Source of the DNA: Scyliorhinus canicula
Taxonomy: Eukaryota
Length of the DNA stretch: 64,000 nt
Reading direction: 5' to 3'
Assembly: GCF_902713615.1 (NCBI RefSeq)
Contig: NW_024055494.1
Location: 1 to 64,000, forward strand
Under the pieces are notes generated by a model. It was not told where the DNA came from, did no database searches, and was given only the letters and a program-made list of their open reading frames with translations. Below are positions 50,687-63,345 of this stretch, piece by piece. How positions within the stretch are numbered: the stretch's first letter is position 1; each line of letters opens with the position of its first letter. The translations under genes and the position numbers were made by a program.

Positions 50687-50795
50687 GGTTCCCGTATCAG
50701 CCTCCCCGGACAGGCGCCGGAATGTGGCGACTAGGGGCTTTTCACAGTAACTTCATTGAAGCCTACTCGTGACAATAAGCGATTTTCATTTCATT
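50687..50795 (+). mobile_element. SINE family B, 5'-truncated
   Basis: Similar to 5465-5586. Confidence 0.8.
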
Positions 50796-51094
50796 TTAAT
50801 TTCTTGCAATAAAAAAATCAAAATACTGCAGTTGCTGGAAAGCTGAAATAAAAAGAGGAAATGCTGGAAACACTCAGCAGGATCTGTGGGGAGGGAAACA
50901 GATTTCACATTTTCACTTTGTGCAGAATGAACTCCAGAGAATAAAAATGGTCAATATAAACTCAGAAGTGGAAGAAAAATGCTTTACGCCACAGGAAAAA
51001 CAGTTCCTGACTCTGAAAGGTGCAGTGAGATGGTCGGGGGATGAGCAGTGATGGAAACCTCATTTAGACATGGTCGGTGGAAGTAACAATAACA

Positions 51095-51745
51095 TTTTAA
51101 AAAAAAATTAATTTACAGGATGCTGATTAGGCCAGCATTTATTCTCCATCCTTAGATACCTTTCAGAAGGTGGCACTGAGTTGCCTTCTTGAACCACTGC
51201 AGTCAATGGCATGTAGGTACATCCACTGTGCTGTTAGGGAGGGAGTTCCAGGATGTTGCCCCAGTGACAGGAGGAGCGGCGATATATTCCCAGCTCAGGG
51301 TGGTGAGTGACTTGGAGGGAAGCCTCCAGGTGGTGGGGTCCCCAGGTGTCTGCTGCTCTTGTCCTTCTAGATGGTAGTGGTCATGGGTTTGGATTGTGTT
51401 GTCTAAGGAACCTTGGTGAGTTACTGCAGTGCATCTTGTAGATGGTACACACGGCTGCCACTGTTAGTCGGTGGTGGAGGGTTTCAATGTTTGTGGAAGG
51501 GGGGCAATCAAGCGGGGCTGCTTTGTCCTGGATGATGTTGAGCTTCTTTAGTGTTGTTAGAACTGCACTCATCCAGGCAAGTGGAGAGTATTCCATTACA
51601 GTCCTGACTTGTGCCTTACAGATGATGGACAGGCTTTGAGGCGAGTCAGATGGTGAGTTACTCGCCGTAGGATTCCTGGCCTTTGACCTGCCCTGGTAGC
51701 CACAGTATTAATGTGGCTAGTCCAGTTCAGTTTCTGATCAATGGA
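51095..51745 (-). mobile_element. LINE 3' end (same family as 5893-6375)
   Basis: YKAQVR..MEYSPLAWMSA..TTLKKLNIIQDKAA. Confidence 0.75.
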
Positions 51746-52220
51746 ACCATGCTAAATATATTTAAAATATGTTAAACTCATTCATTACTGAAGACAGAGA
51801 ACAATGGTGGAAGGTGATTCGGGAGAGCAGGGGTAAAGCAGATGGAGATGGATTCAGGCCCAGAGTAAAGAACAGACCCACAAATCTTTGGAGGCATGGT
51901 GCACGATATCCCAGGATGGAGAGAGATCCAGAGAGCAGAATTCACTTATTTTCCTTTACTTCTCTACTTATCATCTGGGTCCCTGCAAACAAGGGAAATG
52001 GAGGGTCAAATTCCCCAGATCAAAGGCTAATGCAGTTTGATGGACAGGCTGCCTCCATTCTGAACAATGGGAACAATCTCCTCCCAGTCATTCAAAATTT
52101 TGCCCCTTACACAGATGGCGGCCGGACATGCGCCTTGCTGCATCTTGCCCACCAGAAAGATTGAGCCTCCAGTCTTTGGGTAAACATTTTCCAAGGCGGC
52201 CTTCAAGATACACGACAACA

Positions 52221-52443
52221 AGGGCGGCATAATAAGTGGTTAGCACTGGGACTGCAGCGCTGAGGACCCGGGTTTAAATCCTGGCCCTGGGTCACTGTCC
52301 TTGTGGAGTTTGCACATTCTCCCCATGTATGTGTGGGTTTCACCCCCACAACCCAAAGATGTGCAGGTTAGGTGGATTGGCCACACTAAATTGCCCCTTA
52401 ATTGGGGAAAAATAATTGGATTCTCTAAATTTATTTTTAAAAA
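52221..52443 (+). mobile_element. SINE A2
   Basis: Similar to 6433-6662. Confidence 0.8.
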
Positions 52444-52532
52444 GACACACGACAACACAGAATTGCCGAGCAGAAACTGGTCGTCAAACTCTGCTCGCGT
52501 GAGGCCGGCCTGAACCGGGATCTCGGGTTCAT

Positions 52533-53233
52533 ATTGGATTGGATTGGATTTGTTTATTGTCACATGTACCGACGTACAGTGAAAAGTATTTTTCTGCAAG
52601 CAGCTCAACAGATCATTCAGCACATGGAAGAAAGGGGAATTAAACAAAATTCAAGAAAATACATGAGAATACATAATAGGGCAACACAAGATATACAATG
52701 TAACTACATAAGCATTGGTATCGGATGAAGCATACAGGGTGTAGTGTTAATGAGGTCAGTCAATAAGAGGGTCATTTAGGAGTCTGGTGACTTTGGGGGA
52801 AGAAGCTGTTTTTGAGTCTGTTCGTGCGTGTTCTCATACTTCTGTATCTCCTGCCCGATGGAAAAAGTTGGAAAAGTGAGTAAGCCGGATGGGAGGGATC
52901 TTTGATTATGCTGCCCGCTTTCCCCAGGCAGCGGGAGGTGTAGATGGGGGTCAATGGATGGGAGGCAGGTTTGTGTGATGGACTGGGCAGTATTCACGAC
53001 TCTCTGAAGTTCCTAGCGGTTCTGGGCCGAGCAGTTGCCATACCAGGCTGTGATGCAGCCCGATAGGATGCTTTCTTATAGTGCATCTGTAAAAGTTGGT
53101 AAGGGTTAATGTGGACATGCTGAATTTCCTTAGTTTCCTGAGGAAGTATAGGCACTGTTGTGCTTTTTTGGTGATAGCGTCGACGTGAGTGGACCAGGAC
53201 AGATCTTTGGTGATGTGCACCCCTAGGAATTTG
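52533..53233 (-). mobile_element. Rex1 LINE 3' fragment
   Basis: FKFLGVHITKDLSWS..KKAQQ.LYFLRKL, (ccaat)n tail. Confidence 0.85.
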
Positions 53234-53244
53234 AATTTGAATGT

Positions 53245-53585
53245 GATAGGAATTATCACATTACATGTAACCCCTACCATACTGCCCGGATTTACAGAAT
53301 CCTACTCACTGTCCTGGTTTGAGACAATTCACACCTCGATTACCTGTGATTATCCCTCACTCCACTCAGACTGTTCCTACAGAGACTCACATTCCAGTCT
53401 GCAATTATCTGGCAATTATTTATCTGCCTATTTCTACTGTGCCTGTGAACCTGCCTCCACTTCACCTGAGGAAGGAGCAGCGCTCCGAAAGCTTGTGATT
53501 TCCAATAAATTTGTTGGGCTTTACCCTGGTTTTGTGAGACTTCTCCCTGGGCTCACCCCAGCCCAGAGGCGGCATCTCCACCCCA
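53245..53585 (+). mobile_element. Penelope-like pLTR, family 1
   Basis: 3' part homologous to 31990-32116 and 55746-55800; contains a hammerhead motif. Confidence 0.7.
53462..53498 (+). ncRNA. Minimal type I hammerhead ribozyme motif
   Basis: UCAC-CUGAGGA-A-GGAGC AGC GCUCC-GAAA-GCUU-GUGA. Confidence 0.7.
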
Positions 53586-53779
53586 CCAGAAAGGTGGCGT
53601 CAACTAAGGCCTATCACGAGAAGTTGTGACCCTGTTCGGTGCAAATATGGGGACGGAGAAGTTATTTCTCATGGTTTCATCTTGAAAAGGATGTTTTGAT
53701 GCCTCTCCACCAACCTGGCAGATCTGTCCTCCCGGAGCACCGTCAACTCCCCCCGGAACCGATCACGGACCCGAGACAA

Positions 53780-53950
53780 CTCAGCCCCGCCCCTCATTGT
53801 CTCTGATTGGCTGGAGGACCAGCCTCTCCCACTCGGTCCTCCAGACCCGCCCCCACTTTCTGTTGATCGCGAATCGCCGTCAATCATTCCCAGGGAGCTG
53901 GAGCATGCGTGGTGCAGCTGCCAGGGCTGAACATAATTGCGCATGCGCGG
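53780..53950 (+). promoter_or_regulatory. ZNF-cassette promoter module, copy 5
   Basis: GC box, ATTGG, inverted repeat 53811-53844, CCGTCAATCA, GCGCATGCGC. Confidence 0.7.
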
Positions 53951-54351
53951 GGTCGAGGCCTTCGGCGGAAGGAGCCGGAGAAGCGGAGTCAGCGTCAGGC
54001 GGTGGGTGGGAGGATTTGGAAACACTTTGTGGGTCCGCAAACCCTTCACCATCATTGCCAGCTCCCTGGTTTGCAGCTGCGGGGCTAAAATCAATGAGGA
54101 CTCTGATCTCTGGCAAGGAAGGAAATTCCCAGTCAGCAGTGGAAGCTGCTTCATTAAATATATTCAAGGCTCAGTTAGATCCAAAAGGCAGTCAAAGGTT
54201 GTGGGTGACAGGAAGAAAATGAAGTTTAGGGTCACAATCCGATCAGCCATGATCTTATTAAATAGAAGAGCAGGATTGATGGGCCGAATGGCCGATTCCT
54301 GTCCTGAGGTTCTTAAGATCTCTCCGTTGAGAATTTGAAATGCTGTGCAGA

Positions 54352-54512
54352 TGAAAATGAAAATGAAAATCGCTTATTGTCACGAGTAGGCTTCAATGAA
54401 GTTACTGTGAAAAGCCCCTAGTCGCCACATTCCGGCGCCTGTCCGGGGAGGCTGGTACGGGAATCGAACCGTGCTGCTGGCCTGCTTGGTCTGCTTTTAA
54501 AGCCAGCGGTTT
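54352..54512 (-). mobile_element. SINE family B
   Basis: Similar to 5407-5586. Confidence 0.85.
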
Positions 54513-54577
54513 ACCAGATCTGTCCATCAGTATGTGTTAGCACCTTCAGGTGTATCTTCGATGCAGCAGAGTGAGAA

Positions 54578-54820
54578 CGGAGGGAGTGAGTGTATGTGGG
54601 TGGGTGGGTGGGTGGGTGGGGGGGGAGGGAGTGAATGTATGTGGGGGGGGCGGAGGGGGTGAGTGTATGTGGGTGGGGGGGAGGGTGGGTGGAGGGAGTG
54701 GGGGGTGGGTGGAGGGAGTGGGGGGGTGGGTGGAGGGAGTGGGGTGGTGGGTGGAGGGAGTGGGGGGGTGGGTGGAGGGAGTGGGGGGGATGGAGTGGGG
54801 GGGGATGGAGTGTGGGGGGT
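54578..54820. repeat. G-rich minisatellite (about 20-21 bp unit gggtggagggagtgggg..)
   Basis: Visible tandem units. Confidence 0.85.
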
Positions 54821-55029
54821 ATATAAAAATATTGAAAATGGGATAAAGGTCGTTTGGCTGACGGTCAATCACTGTCCTGTGAGGTAATGAGTCATTTTGC
54901 TTCCCAATTGGCTGAGGAAGGCAGTGTGTCACAAGGATGGATGTGTTGACCGATTAATGGCTGGAGGATGGGGCAGGTCATGTGATCAACCCTCCAGGAA
55001 TACATTTAATCAAAGTTGGCGAGGAGAGA

Positions 55030-55278
55030 ATGTTGTGAATTTCTATCCTAAACTGACAATGAGGTTCCTGTAAATTTGCAGGATACTGGAAGTGGAGGTT
55101 TAACAGACGGGAAACACAAACCAAACGTCACATCGCGATCTGACACAGTCACTCGATTCATCAGAACCTGAATTTCAGCAGCATCTGGGTGTGGAAGGTA
55201 AAAGTTTGTCTGATCTGTCTGTGAGGGAAGATTTCAGGTCTCTGTGTGACTGGAAAAGCCCCGAGATTCACAAACCCT
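55030..55278 (+). pseudogene. Orphan ZNF acceptor and leader remnant, truncated by CR1
   Basis: tttgcag acceptor, ..SVCEGRFQVSV*LEKPRDSQT, homologous to the other leaders. Confidence 0.65.
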
Positions 55279-55279
55279 G

Positions 55280-56340
55280 GTTAGACCAAACCTGGAGAAC
55301 TGTGTTCAGTTCTGGGCAACAAACCTGAGGAAGGATAGAATGGCCTCGGAGGGAGTGTAGCACAGATTTATCTGAGTGATATCTGAACCCTCCGTGGTTA
55401 AATTCCAAAACTAGATTACACAAAAGAGTCAGAGACATGATGGCACAGAGAAGGGCGTTCGGCCATTGAATCCATGCTAGCTCTCTGGAACAATCCAGTG
55501 TGTGCCATTCTCCTGCTCCCTGTATCCTCACAGGTTTATTTCCCTCAACTGTGTATCCAATTTCCTTTTGAAATCAAATGATTCATTGTGTCTATTTTCA
55601 AACTCCCTGATAGGCAGCAAGTTTCAGGTCATTGCCGCTCGCTGTGTAAAAACATATTTCTCATATCACCTCATATCTCCTGTACCTTTCACATACAAAC
55701 TAGGAACAGGCCACTCGGCCCCTCGAGCCTGCTCAGCATTCAATAGGTTTGAAACAAATCTGTTGGACATTAACCTGGTGTTGTAAGACTTCTTACTGTA
55801 CAGCATTCAATAAGATTGCGGCTGATTTCATTCTAACCTCAACTCCATATTCCTGCCTACCACTGATGACCTTTCACCCCCTTGCTCATCAAGAATCTAT
55901 CCAGCTCTGCCTTAAAAATATTCAAGGGCTCTGCTTCCACTGCCTTTTAAGGACGTGAGTTCCAAAGTCTGATAGCCCTCAAGAGAATAAAAAATCCTCA
56001 TCTCCATCCGAAATAGGTGACTTCTTATTTTGCAACAGTGACACCCTCGTTCTCGATTCTCCCTCAAGAGGAAACATCCTCTCCACATCAGGATCTTGTA
56101 TAGTTCAATCCAGGTTTTACCCAAAACTTTAAATCTGTGTCCCTAGTGCTTGTACGATCAGTGAATGGAAACAGTTTCTTTGCCCACCTGATCAAAACTT
56201 GGCAGAACCTTGTGGACCTGAATCAAATCTCCCCTCAACCTCCTTTGCTGGAACCATTCTGGTAAATCTCCTCAGCACCTTCTCAACAACCTTCACATCC
56301 TTCCTGAAGAGTGGTGACCAGAGCTTTATAAAGATTCATA
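55280..56340. mobile_element. Cluster of CR1 3' fragments in both orientations
   Basis: LVRPNLE.CVQFW and several reverse-complement CR1 tails. Confidence 0.65.
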
Positions 56341-56354
56341 GAATAGAATTAGAA

Positions 56355-56680
56355 CCATAGAATTCCTACAGTGCAGAAGGAAGCCATTCGGCCCATCAAG
56401 TCTGCACTGATTCTCTGAAAGGGCACCCTGCCTCGGCCCACACCCTTACGCTGTCCCTGTAACCCCATAGCTCCACCTAACCAGCACATCCCTGGACACT
56501 AAGGGGCAATTTATCAAGGCCAATCCACCTAACTTTCCCTTCTTGTTGGAGGAAACCTGAGCACTGGGTGGAAACCCACGGAGACACGGGGAGAAAGTGC
56601 AAACTCCACACAGACAGTCACCACGGAATTGAACCCGGGTCCCTGGTGCTGTGAGGCAGCATTGCTAATCACCGTGCCAC
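56355..56680 (-). mobile_element. HE1-like SINE A1
   Basis: Head, core and tail present. Confidence 0.8.
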
Positions 56681-57085
56681 CAGAAGCATAGTTTTGGTAT
56701 CAGTATTACTGTTTATGAAGCTCAAGGTCGAATTTGCTTTGCCATCTATTCTCTTTAATATGACTCGCAGATATACAAAATCCCTCTACACCTCTTTCTC
56801 TCTCCTCCCAAAGAGGCCAGTTGGGTTTTATAACAATCCAGCAGTTTTCATGGTCACTTTTTCCCAGTGTAGACCCCACAAATGACCAGATTCATTCAGC
56901 TCAATTTCACAACCTGCCTTTGTGTTTTTGTGGGTTCTCTCTCACTCCCTATTTTCTGTTTTCAATCATTTTCACAGGGTGTTCGAAGGGGAGGCTTCAA
57001 AGTCCGGAAACTCAAACCAAGCATCACATCAGGATCTGACTGAGTCCTCAATTTATCATATCCTGAATATCAATGTACTTTGAAC

Positions 57086-57955
57086 ATGGAAGGAAAAAGC
57101 ATTGTTCACAGTGGGGAGAAACCGTACACGTGTTGTGTGTGTGGACGAGGATTCAGTCAATCATCAGGCCTCACAAGCCACAAATGCAGTCACACTGAGG
57201 AGAAACCGTGGAAATGTGCGGACTGTGGGAAAGAATTTAGTTCCCCATCCAAGCTGGAAACTCATCGACGCAGTCACACTGGGGAGAGGCCATTCACCTG
57301 CTCCAAGTGTGGGAAGGGATTCACACAGTCATTCGACCTGCGGAAACACCAGAGAGTTCACACTGGGGAGAGACCATTCACATGCTCCAAGTGGGGGAAG
57401 GGATTCACTCAGTCATCCACTTTGTCCATACACCAGCGAATTCACACTGGGGAGAGACCATTCACCTGTTCAGAGTGTGGGAAAGGATTCACTAAGTCAT
57501 CCCACCTGCTGAGACACCAGCGAGTTCACACTGGGGAGAGACCATTCACGTGCTCCAAGTGTGGGAAGGGATTCACTAAGTTATCTTCCCTGCTGAGTCA
57601 CCAGCGAATTCACACTGGGGAAAGACCGTTCACGTGCTCCAAATGTGGGAAGGGATTCACTGAGTCATCCACTCTGTCCACACACCAGCGAGTTCACACT
57701 GATGTGAGACCGTTTCAATGTCCAGACTGTGGTAAGTGCTATAAAAGTTCCGGGGAACTGATGAACCATCAACGTGTTCACACTGATGAGAAACCGTTCA
57801 GGTGCTCTCACTGTGGGACTGGGTTCAGACAATCATCTAACCTCATTGTACATCAACGAATTCACACTGGGGAGAGGCCATACACCTGTGTCAAGTGTGG
57901 GAAGGGATTCACCACTTCATCCAACCTGCTGACACACCAACGAGGCCACAAGTAA
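57086..57955 (+). CDS. C2H2 zinc-finger protein ZNF-I, 10 fingers (finger 4 Cys to Trp)
   Basis: [20 protein letters not shown]..; acceptor ttcacag near 56977; in-frame TGA at 57041. Confidence 0.9.
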   Translation: MEGKSIVHSGEKPYTCCVCGRGFSQSSGLTSHKCSHTEEKPWKCADCGKEFSSPSKLETHRRSHTGERPFTCSKCGKGFTQSFDLRKHQRVHTGERPFTCSKWGKGFTQSSTLSIHQRIHTGERPFTCSECGKGFTKSSHLLRHQRVHTGERPFTCSKCGKGFTKLSSLLSHQRIHTGERPFTCSKCGKGFTESSTLSTHQRVHTDVRPFQCPDCGKCYKSSGELMNHQRVHTDEKPFRCSHCGTGFRQSSNLIVHQRIHTGERPYTCVKCGKGFTTSSNLLTHQRGHK

Positions 57956-58289
57956 CCATAGTGATTGTATTTTGCTGTTCCTCACATTCAGGACTGAACC
58001 AGGTTAATTTGGGTCTCTTTCTGCTGATCACAAACTCCAGCCCATTTACAGGAGCTGATATTCTGGCTAAAAATCAAATAAATTAGATTTATGTTAAATA
58101 CGCAGTGTGTTGAAACTTTTTAATATCTTGACACAAGTTAGTTCCTTTTGAAGTTCTCTCACTCTCCCCTGTCTCTTCCATCCTCACCTCCAACAAGAAG
58201 TGTGAGGAGCTTGTGGAGCTTCTTTGTGACTGAGGTTGAGTAAATCCGATCAGCTGCCTCTGCTGCTTCCCTCCCTTCCACGAGCACAC

Positions 58290-58700
58290 CGGACCAAACT
58301 GTCTCTAAATTTCATCCTTTCCCGAGCCCTGAACCCAGATCTTTCTCTAGTTTCTCTCCCCTCATGCCCTCTCAGCGCTCATCTTGTCCATGAGACCCAG
58401 CTCCTGCTACATCGACCCTATTCCCACTGAGCTACTGATCAGCCAACTACCCTGTGTCCATGGATATTGTCAACATTTCTCTCTCTCCAGGTACTGTCCG
58501 TCTGTCCTTCAAATCTGCCATCATCACCCCCTCAATAAAACAAACCCTTGACCCTGCCATCCTTACAAATTACTGCCTCATCTTCAACCTCCCTTTCCTC
58601 TCCTAACTCTTTAAACATGTTGTCACCTCCCAAATCCTTGACTATCTTTCCCAGAATTCCCATGTTTGAACCCTTCAATCAGGTCTCTGCCCTGTCACAG
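58290..58700 (+). mobile_element. L2 RT fragment
   Basis: SCYIDPIPT, KSAIITP, LDP..L.NY.LI.NLPFLS motifs. Confidence 0.65.
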
Positions 58701-58714
58701 TGAAATACAAGAGA

Positions 58715-59030
58715 CAAACAGAATCTCACCCGGAGAGAAAGACAGACAATCCGGGAGCTTGGATCCAACACGGATATGTTCATAAGACCAGAAGACAAGG
58801 GTAGCAGCACAGTCATTATCGAGAGACAACAATACCTGCTGGCGACAGACAACTAAACAACATGAATCACAACACCAAGCTACCTAGACCCATATACCCC
58901 AGACAGGACGGAGAATTGGAGACAGACTGGAAGAACTCAGACTCCAGACACATTAACCAAAAACAGATGGAATATCCGAGGGGACAACAGGTAGAATAAA
59001 GGAAGTTCAACCAGCTCCCTAAAGTACCCA
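58715..59030 (+). mobile_element. Penelope RT N-terminal fragment
   Basis: QNLTRRERQTIRELGSNTDMFIRPEDKGSSTVIIERQQY (NL..E..L..N..I.IKPADKG motif). Confidence 0.7.
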
Positions 59031-59034
59031 AACA

Positions 59035-60130
59035 TATAATAATATTCTTTGTTATTGCCACAAGTAGGCTTACATTAACATTGCAATGAAGTTACCGTGA
59101 AAAGCCCCTAGTCACCACAATCCTGTTTGGGTGTACAGAGGGATAATTCAAAATGTCCAAATCACCTAACAAGCACATCTTTCGGGACTTGTGGGAGGAA
59201 ACCGGAGCACCCGGAGGAAACCCACGCAGACAAGGAGCGAACGTGCAGACACCGCACAGACCGTGACCCAAACACGAATTGAACGAGGAATCCTGGCGCT
59301 GTGAAGCAACAGTGCTAACCACTGTGCTACCGTCGGAAATACCGGCAAACAGACACATCGGATCAGACTGTGAGAGAGAAAATCCTCCAGAATCAGAGAA
59401 TTTACAATGCAAAAGGAGGCCATTCCACCCATTGAGACTGCATCAGCCCTTGGAAAAGCACCCTATTTAAGAGCATGCCTCCACCCTATCCCCGTAACCC
59501 AGTAATTCCACCTAACCTTTGTTTGGACACTAACGGGCAATTTCGATTGGTCAATCCACGCAACCTGCACATCTTTGGAGAAAATTGGAGCACCCGGAGG
59601 GAACTCATACAGTCACGGGGAGAATGTACAAACTCCACACAAACACCCAAGGCCGGAATAGCTGAAATATCAACACACTGCTCCTGGTAGTTCATGCGAC
59701 AGTGGTTCAATAAATATAATTAATGGATCAAAAAGGTGTGTAATATAGAATAAAAACAGAAAATGCGAGATTAACTCAACAGATCTGGCAGCATCATTGA
59801 ATCCCTACATTGCAGAAGGAGGCCATTCGTCCCATCGAGTTTGCACCAATCCTACAAAAGAGCACCCCACCCAGGCTCAAACTCTCTTGCCCTATCCCCG
59901 TAACCCAACTTCACCTTTGGACACTAAGGGGCAATTTAGCACAGCCAATCCACCAAACCTGCACATCTTTGGACGGTGGGAGAAAACTGCAGCACCCAGA
60001 GGGAACCCACACAGACACGGGGAGAATGTGCAAACTCCACACAGTCACACCAGGCTGGAATTGAACCCAGGTCGCTGGTGCGGCAATGCTAACCACTGTG
60101 CAATGCAGCAGTGCTAATCACTGTGCCCCC
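59035..60130 (-). mobile_element. SINE cluster (A3 59035-59333, A1 59395-59660, A1 59797-60130)
   Basis: Similarity to the other copies. Confidence 0.75.
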
Positions 60131-60294
60131 ATGCCACATCTGTGGCGAATGAAACAGAGTTAACGTTTGTTGTTCCTTGTAGCAGTTCTGTAGAAGGCTC
60201 AATGGACTCTAAAAATAAATTGTTTTATTCAAGTTTGACTCAGGAAGAAGTTTCAGTCTGTGTGAAGCTCAATATTCAATCACACAAAACCCGC

Positions 60295-60595
60295 AGACTG
60301 ATTGGATGGAGGACCAGAGTCCATCCGGTCCTCCAAGTCTTCAATTGGTCAACACCTCTCAGGCAGGAAATGAGATTCTGGAACCCACGCCACGTGGCCA
60401 ATGGGAAGAAAAAATGATGCAGACTCTCAGCCAATGAGGGAGGTCCACGATCACCCCCGCCCCTCATTCACTCTGATTGGTTGGCGAACCAGCCGCTCCT
60501 GCTCGGTCCTCCAGTTTCCCTCTCTTCCTATTGGTCCGGAGCTGCCGTCAATCATTCCCCGGGTATTGTGATGTTGAGCATGCGCAGTGCAACTA
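60295..60595 (+). promoter_or_regulatory. ZNF-cassette promoter module, copy 6, preceded by a partial copy
   Basis: Inverted repeat 60307-60335; CCAAT, ATTGG, ATTGG-N10-CCGTCAATCA, GCATGCGCA. Confidence 0.7.
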
Positions 60596-61019
60596 ATGTC
60601 CAGGGACAGACGCTTGTTTCTCTCATCGTTAGGCGGGAAGGAGGCGGATAGGCGGAGGCAGCGTTAGGGGCAGTGGGTGGGAGGGGAGGCTTCACACACA
60701 CCCAGTGGCCTCAAAGCTAAAACAAGAAATTACCACTCCCAAGTTTGCACCGAGGGAAGGTTTTCCTGTAGAGCCTTTCTCCAGTTAACCACCGCCATCC
60801 TCGCAGGGGGCAGTGTGCAGCAGGGCGCATGCGCGGTGATCCCTGTCCACTCAGCAGAACTGACAGTGATGGATTCTGGAAACTCCTTTTACAGGAGGTT
60901 AGAAGGGGAGGATTTAAACACAGCAAAGTGAAATCAAACAAGGCATTAAGACCTGAACTTCTGTTTTGAACCAAATGTATTGACAATTTTTATATGATGC
61001 AGAACAAGGCCAGCAGTGT

Positions 61020-61318
61020 GGGCAGTACAGTGGTTAGCATTGTTGCTTTACAGCACCAGGGTCCCAGGTTCAATTCCTGGCTTTGGTCACTGTCTGTGCA
61101 GAGTCTTCACATTCTCCCTGTGTCTGCGTGGGTTTCCTCCGAGTGCTCCGGTTTCCTCCACAGGCCCCGAAAGACATGCTGTTAGGTAATTTGGACATTC
61201 TGAATTCTCCCTCCATGTACCCAAACAGGCCCGGAATGTGGCGGATTAGTGGCTTTTCACAGTCACTTCATTGCAGTGTTAATATAAGCTAACTTGTGAC
61301 AACAAAGATTATTATTAT
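61020..61318 (+). mobile_element. SINE A3
   Basis: Similar to 21290-21592. Confidence 0.8.
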
Positions 61319-61539
61319 AAATAAATCAAATCAAAACGTGGGTGAGGGTCACATTCAGGAGAAGTTATTAAAACGTAACCAAATACAGATAAACTATATC
61401 AGATTTACTTATATTTCCATTTGAATCACTGCTCCTGGTACCTGAGACCTCTTAACTTGATCCATCACACCAACATTTGGACTAACTGACTGGGCTGAGG
61501 TCGGTATTGGATAAAAACCAAAGGATCACTTGTCATCAC

Positions 61540-62105
61540 AGAATCCTAGAAATTTACAGCACAGAGGAGGCCATTCAGCCCATTGTGTCTGTGTTGGCTG
61601 AAAATGGTTTATCGGGTCCACTTTCCACCTCTTGGTCTGTAGCCCTGCAGGTCACAGAAACTCCACATCGGGGTGTCTTTAAATGTGATGAGCGTTTCTG
61701 TCTATACCTACCTTTCAGAGTTCCAGACCCCCACCACACCCCTTGGTGAAGAAAATCCTCAATTCCCCTCTAATCTTTCCAATAGATACTTAAATCTCTG
61801 GCCCCCTGGTTACTGACCAGCCTGTTAATGAAATAGGTCCTTCTGCCGTCTGATCCACTATATCTGGGACCCTCATGATTTTATACACCTCAATTAAATG
61901 TCCACTCAGCCTCCTCTGTTCCACAGAAAACAATCCCAGTCAATCCAATCTTTCCTCTTGTTAAAATTCCCCAATCCTGGAAACATCCAGATAAATCTCT
62001 TCCGTACTCTCTCCAGTACAATCACATCCTTCCTGTAATGTGGTGACCGGAACTCCGTACTCTAGCTGTGATATAACTCGTGTTTTTTAGTTCTGGAATA
62101 ACCAT
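61540..62105 (-). mobile_element. CR1 3' end
   Basis: Reverse-complement CR1 tail and RT C-terminus. Confidence 0.65.
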
Positions 62106-62531
62106 TCTCTTAACATTTCATTGACTTCAATGTGATGGAAACTGACAGTTGCAACCTGTCAGCATTTGAAAGATATTTACAAATGATTTGAGAGTTTCTT
62201 ACAGTTGGGATATTTCTCTATCCTGTCCATTCGAGGTGTTTGATAACAGCCTTTCTCCTGTGAACATCCAGCTGGAGTATTATGCCCTGATATGTTTCCT
62301 TATTCACCTTGTTGACTAAATATTGAATCTTGTCGTTTTCAGATACCAGATAATCAAACTGCCAACAACAAATCGTCTTTTACTAATTTTATTTACAGCG
62401 CTGCAATAATACAGACAGTCAAATCCTTACATGGTTCTGGTCCTCAGTGAAATACTGAAATGATGAACTTTAGATGTACTTCATATATTCCACAGGAAAC
62501 AAAGTACATTTGGTTTGTCCACATCGAGTCC

Positions 62532-62748
62532 TTTTTTAAAATTTAGAGTACCCAATTGTTTTTGTTCCAATTAAGGGGCAATTTACTGTGGCCAATCCAC
62601 CTACCCTGCACATCTTTGTGTTGTGGGGGTGAAACCCACGCAGACACAGGGAGAATGTTCAAACTCCACACGGACAGTGACCCAGGGCCGGGATCGAACC
62701 TGGGTACTCAGCGTCATGAGGCAGCAGTGTTAACCACTGCGCCACCCC
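62532..62748 (-). mobile_element. SINE A2
   Basis: Similar to 6433-6662. Confidence 0.8.
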
Positions 62749-62789
62749 ATCCACATTTAAATTTTATAAATTTTTACAGATGCACCACA

Positions 62790-62979
62790 GAAATGAAATG
62801 AAAAAATGAAAATCGCTTATTGTCACGAGTAGGCTTCAATGAAGTTACTGTGAAAAGCCCCTAGTCGCCACATTCTGGCACCTGTCCGGGGGGGCTAGTA
62901 CGGGAATCGAACCGTGCTGCTGGTCTGCTTGGTCTGCTTTAAAAGCCAGTGATTTAGCTGAGTGAGCTAAACCAGCCCC
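62790..62979 (-). mobile_element. SINE family B
   Basis: Similar to 5407-5586. Confidence 0.85.
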
Positions 62980-63132
62980 TGGTTTAAGTAACCTATCTTA
63001 CTGCATCACACCTTGTATGGTAACTGATCAGCCCAAGACCGGATTAACCATGCTAAATTGCCCCTTAGTGCTCAGAAAACATGCTTACGGTTAGGTTAGG
63101 GTCGTTGGTATAGGGAATGGGAGTGGACTTTT

Positions 63133-63345
63133 ATAATCTTTATTATTGTCACAAGTAGGCTTACATTAACACTGCAATGAAGTTACTGTGAAAGACCCTA
63201 GTTGTCACATTCCGGCGCCGGTTGGGGTACACTGTGGGAGAATCCAGAATGTCCAATCCACCTAGCAGCACGACTTTTGGGACTTTTGGGAGGAAACTGG
63301 AGCACCCGGAGGAAACCCACGCAAACACGGGGAGAACATGCAGAT
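63133..63345 (-). mobile_element. SINE A3
   Basis: Similar to 21290-21592. Confidence 0.75.

Noticed and set aside
54527-54932. Pro-rich and Gly-rich ORFs
   Set aside because: Translations of the G-rich minisatellite
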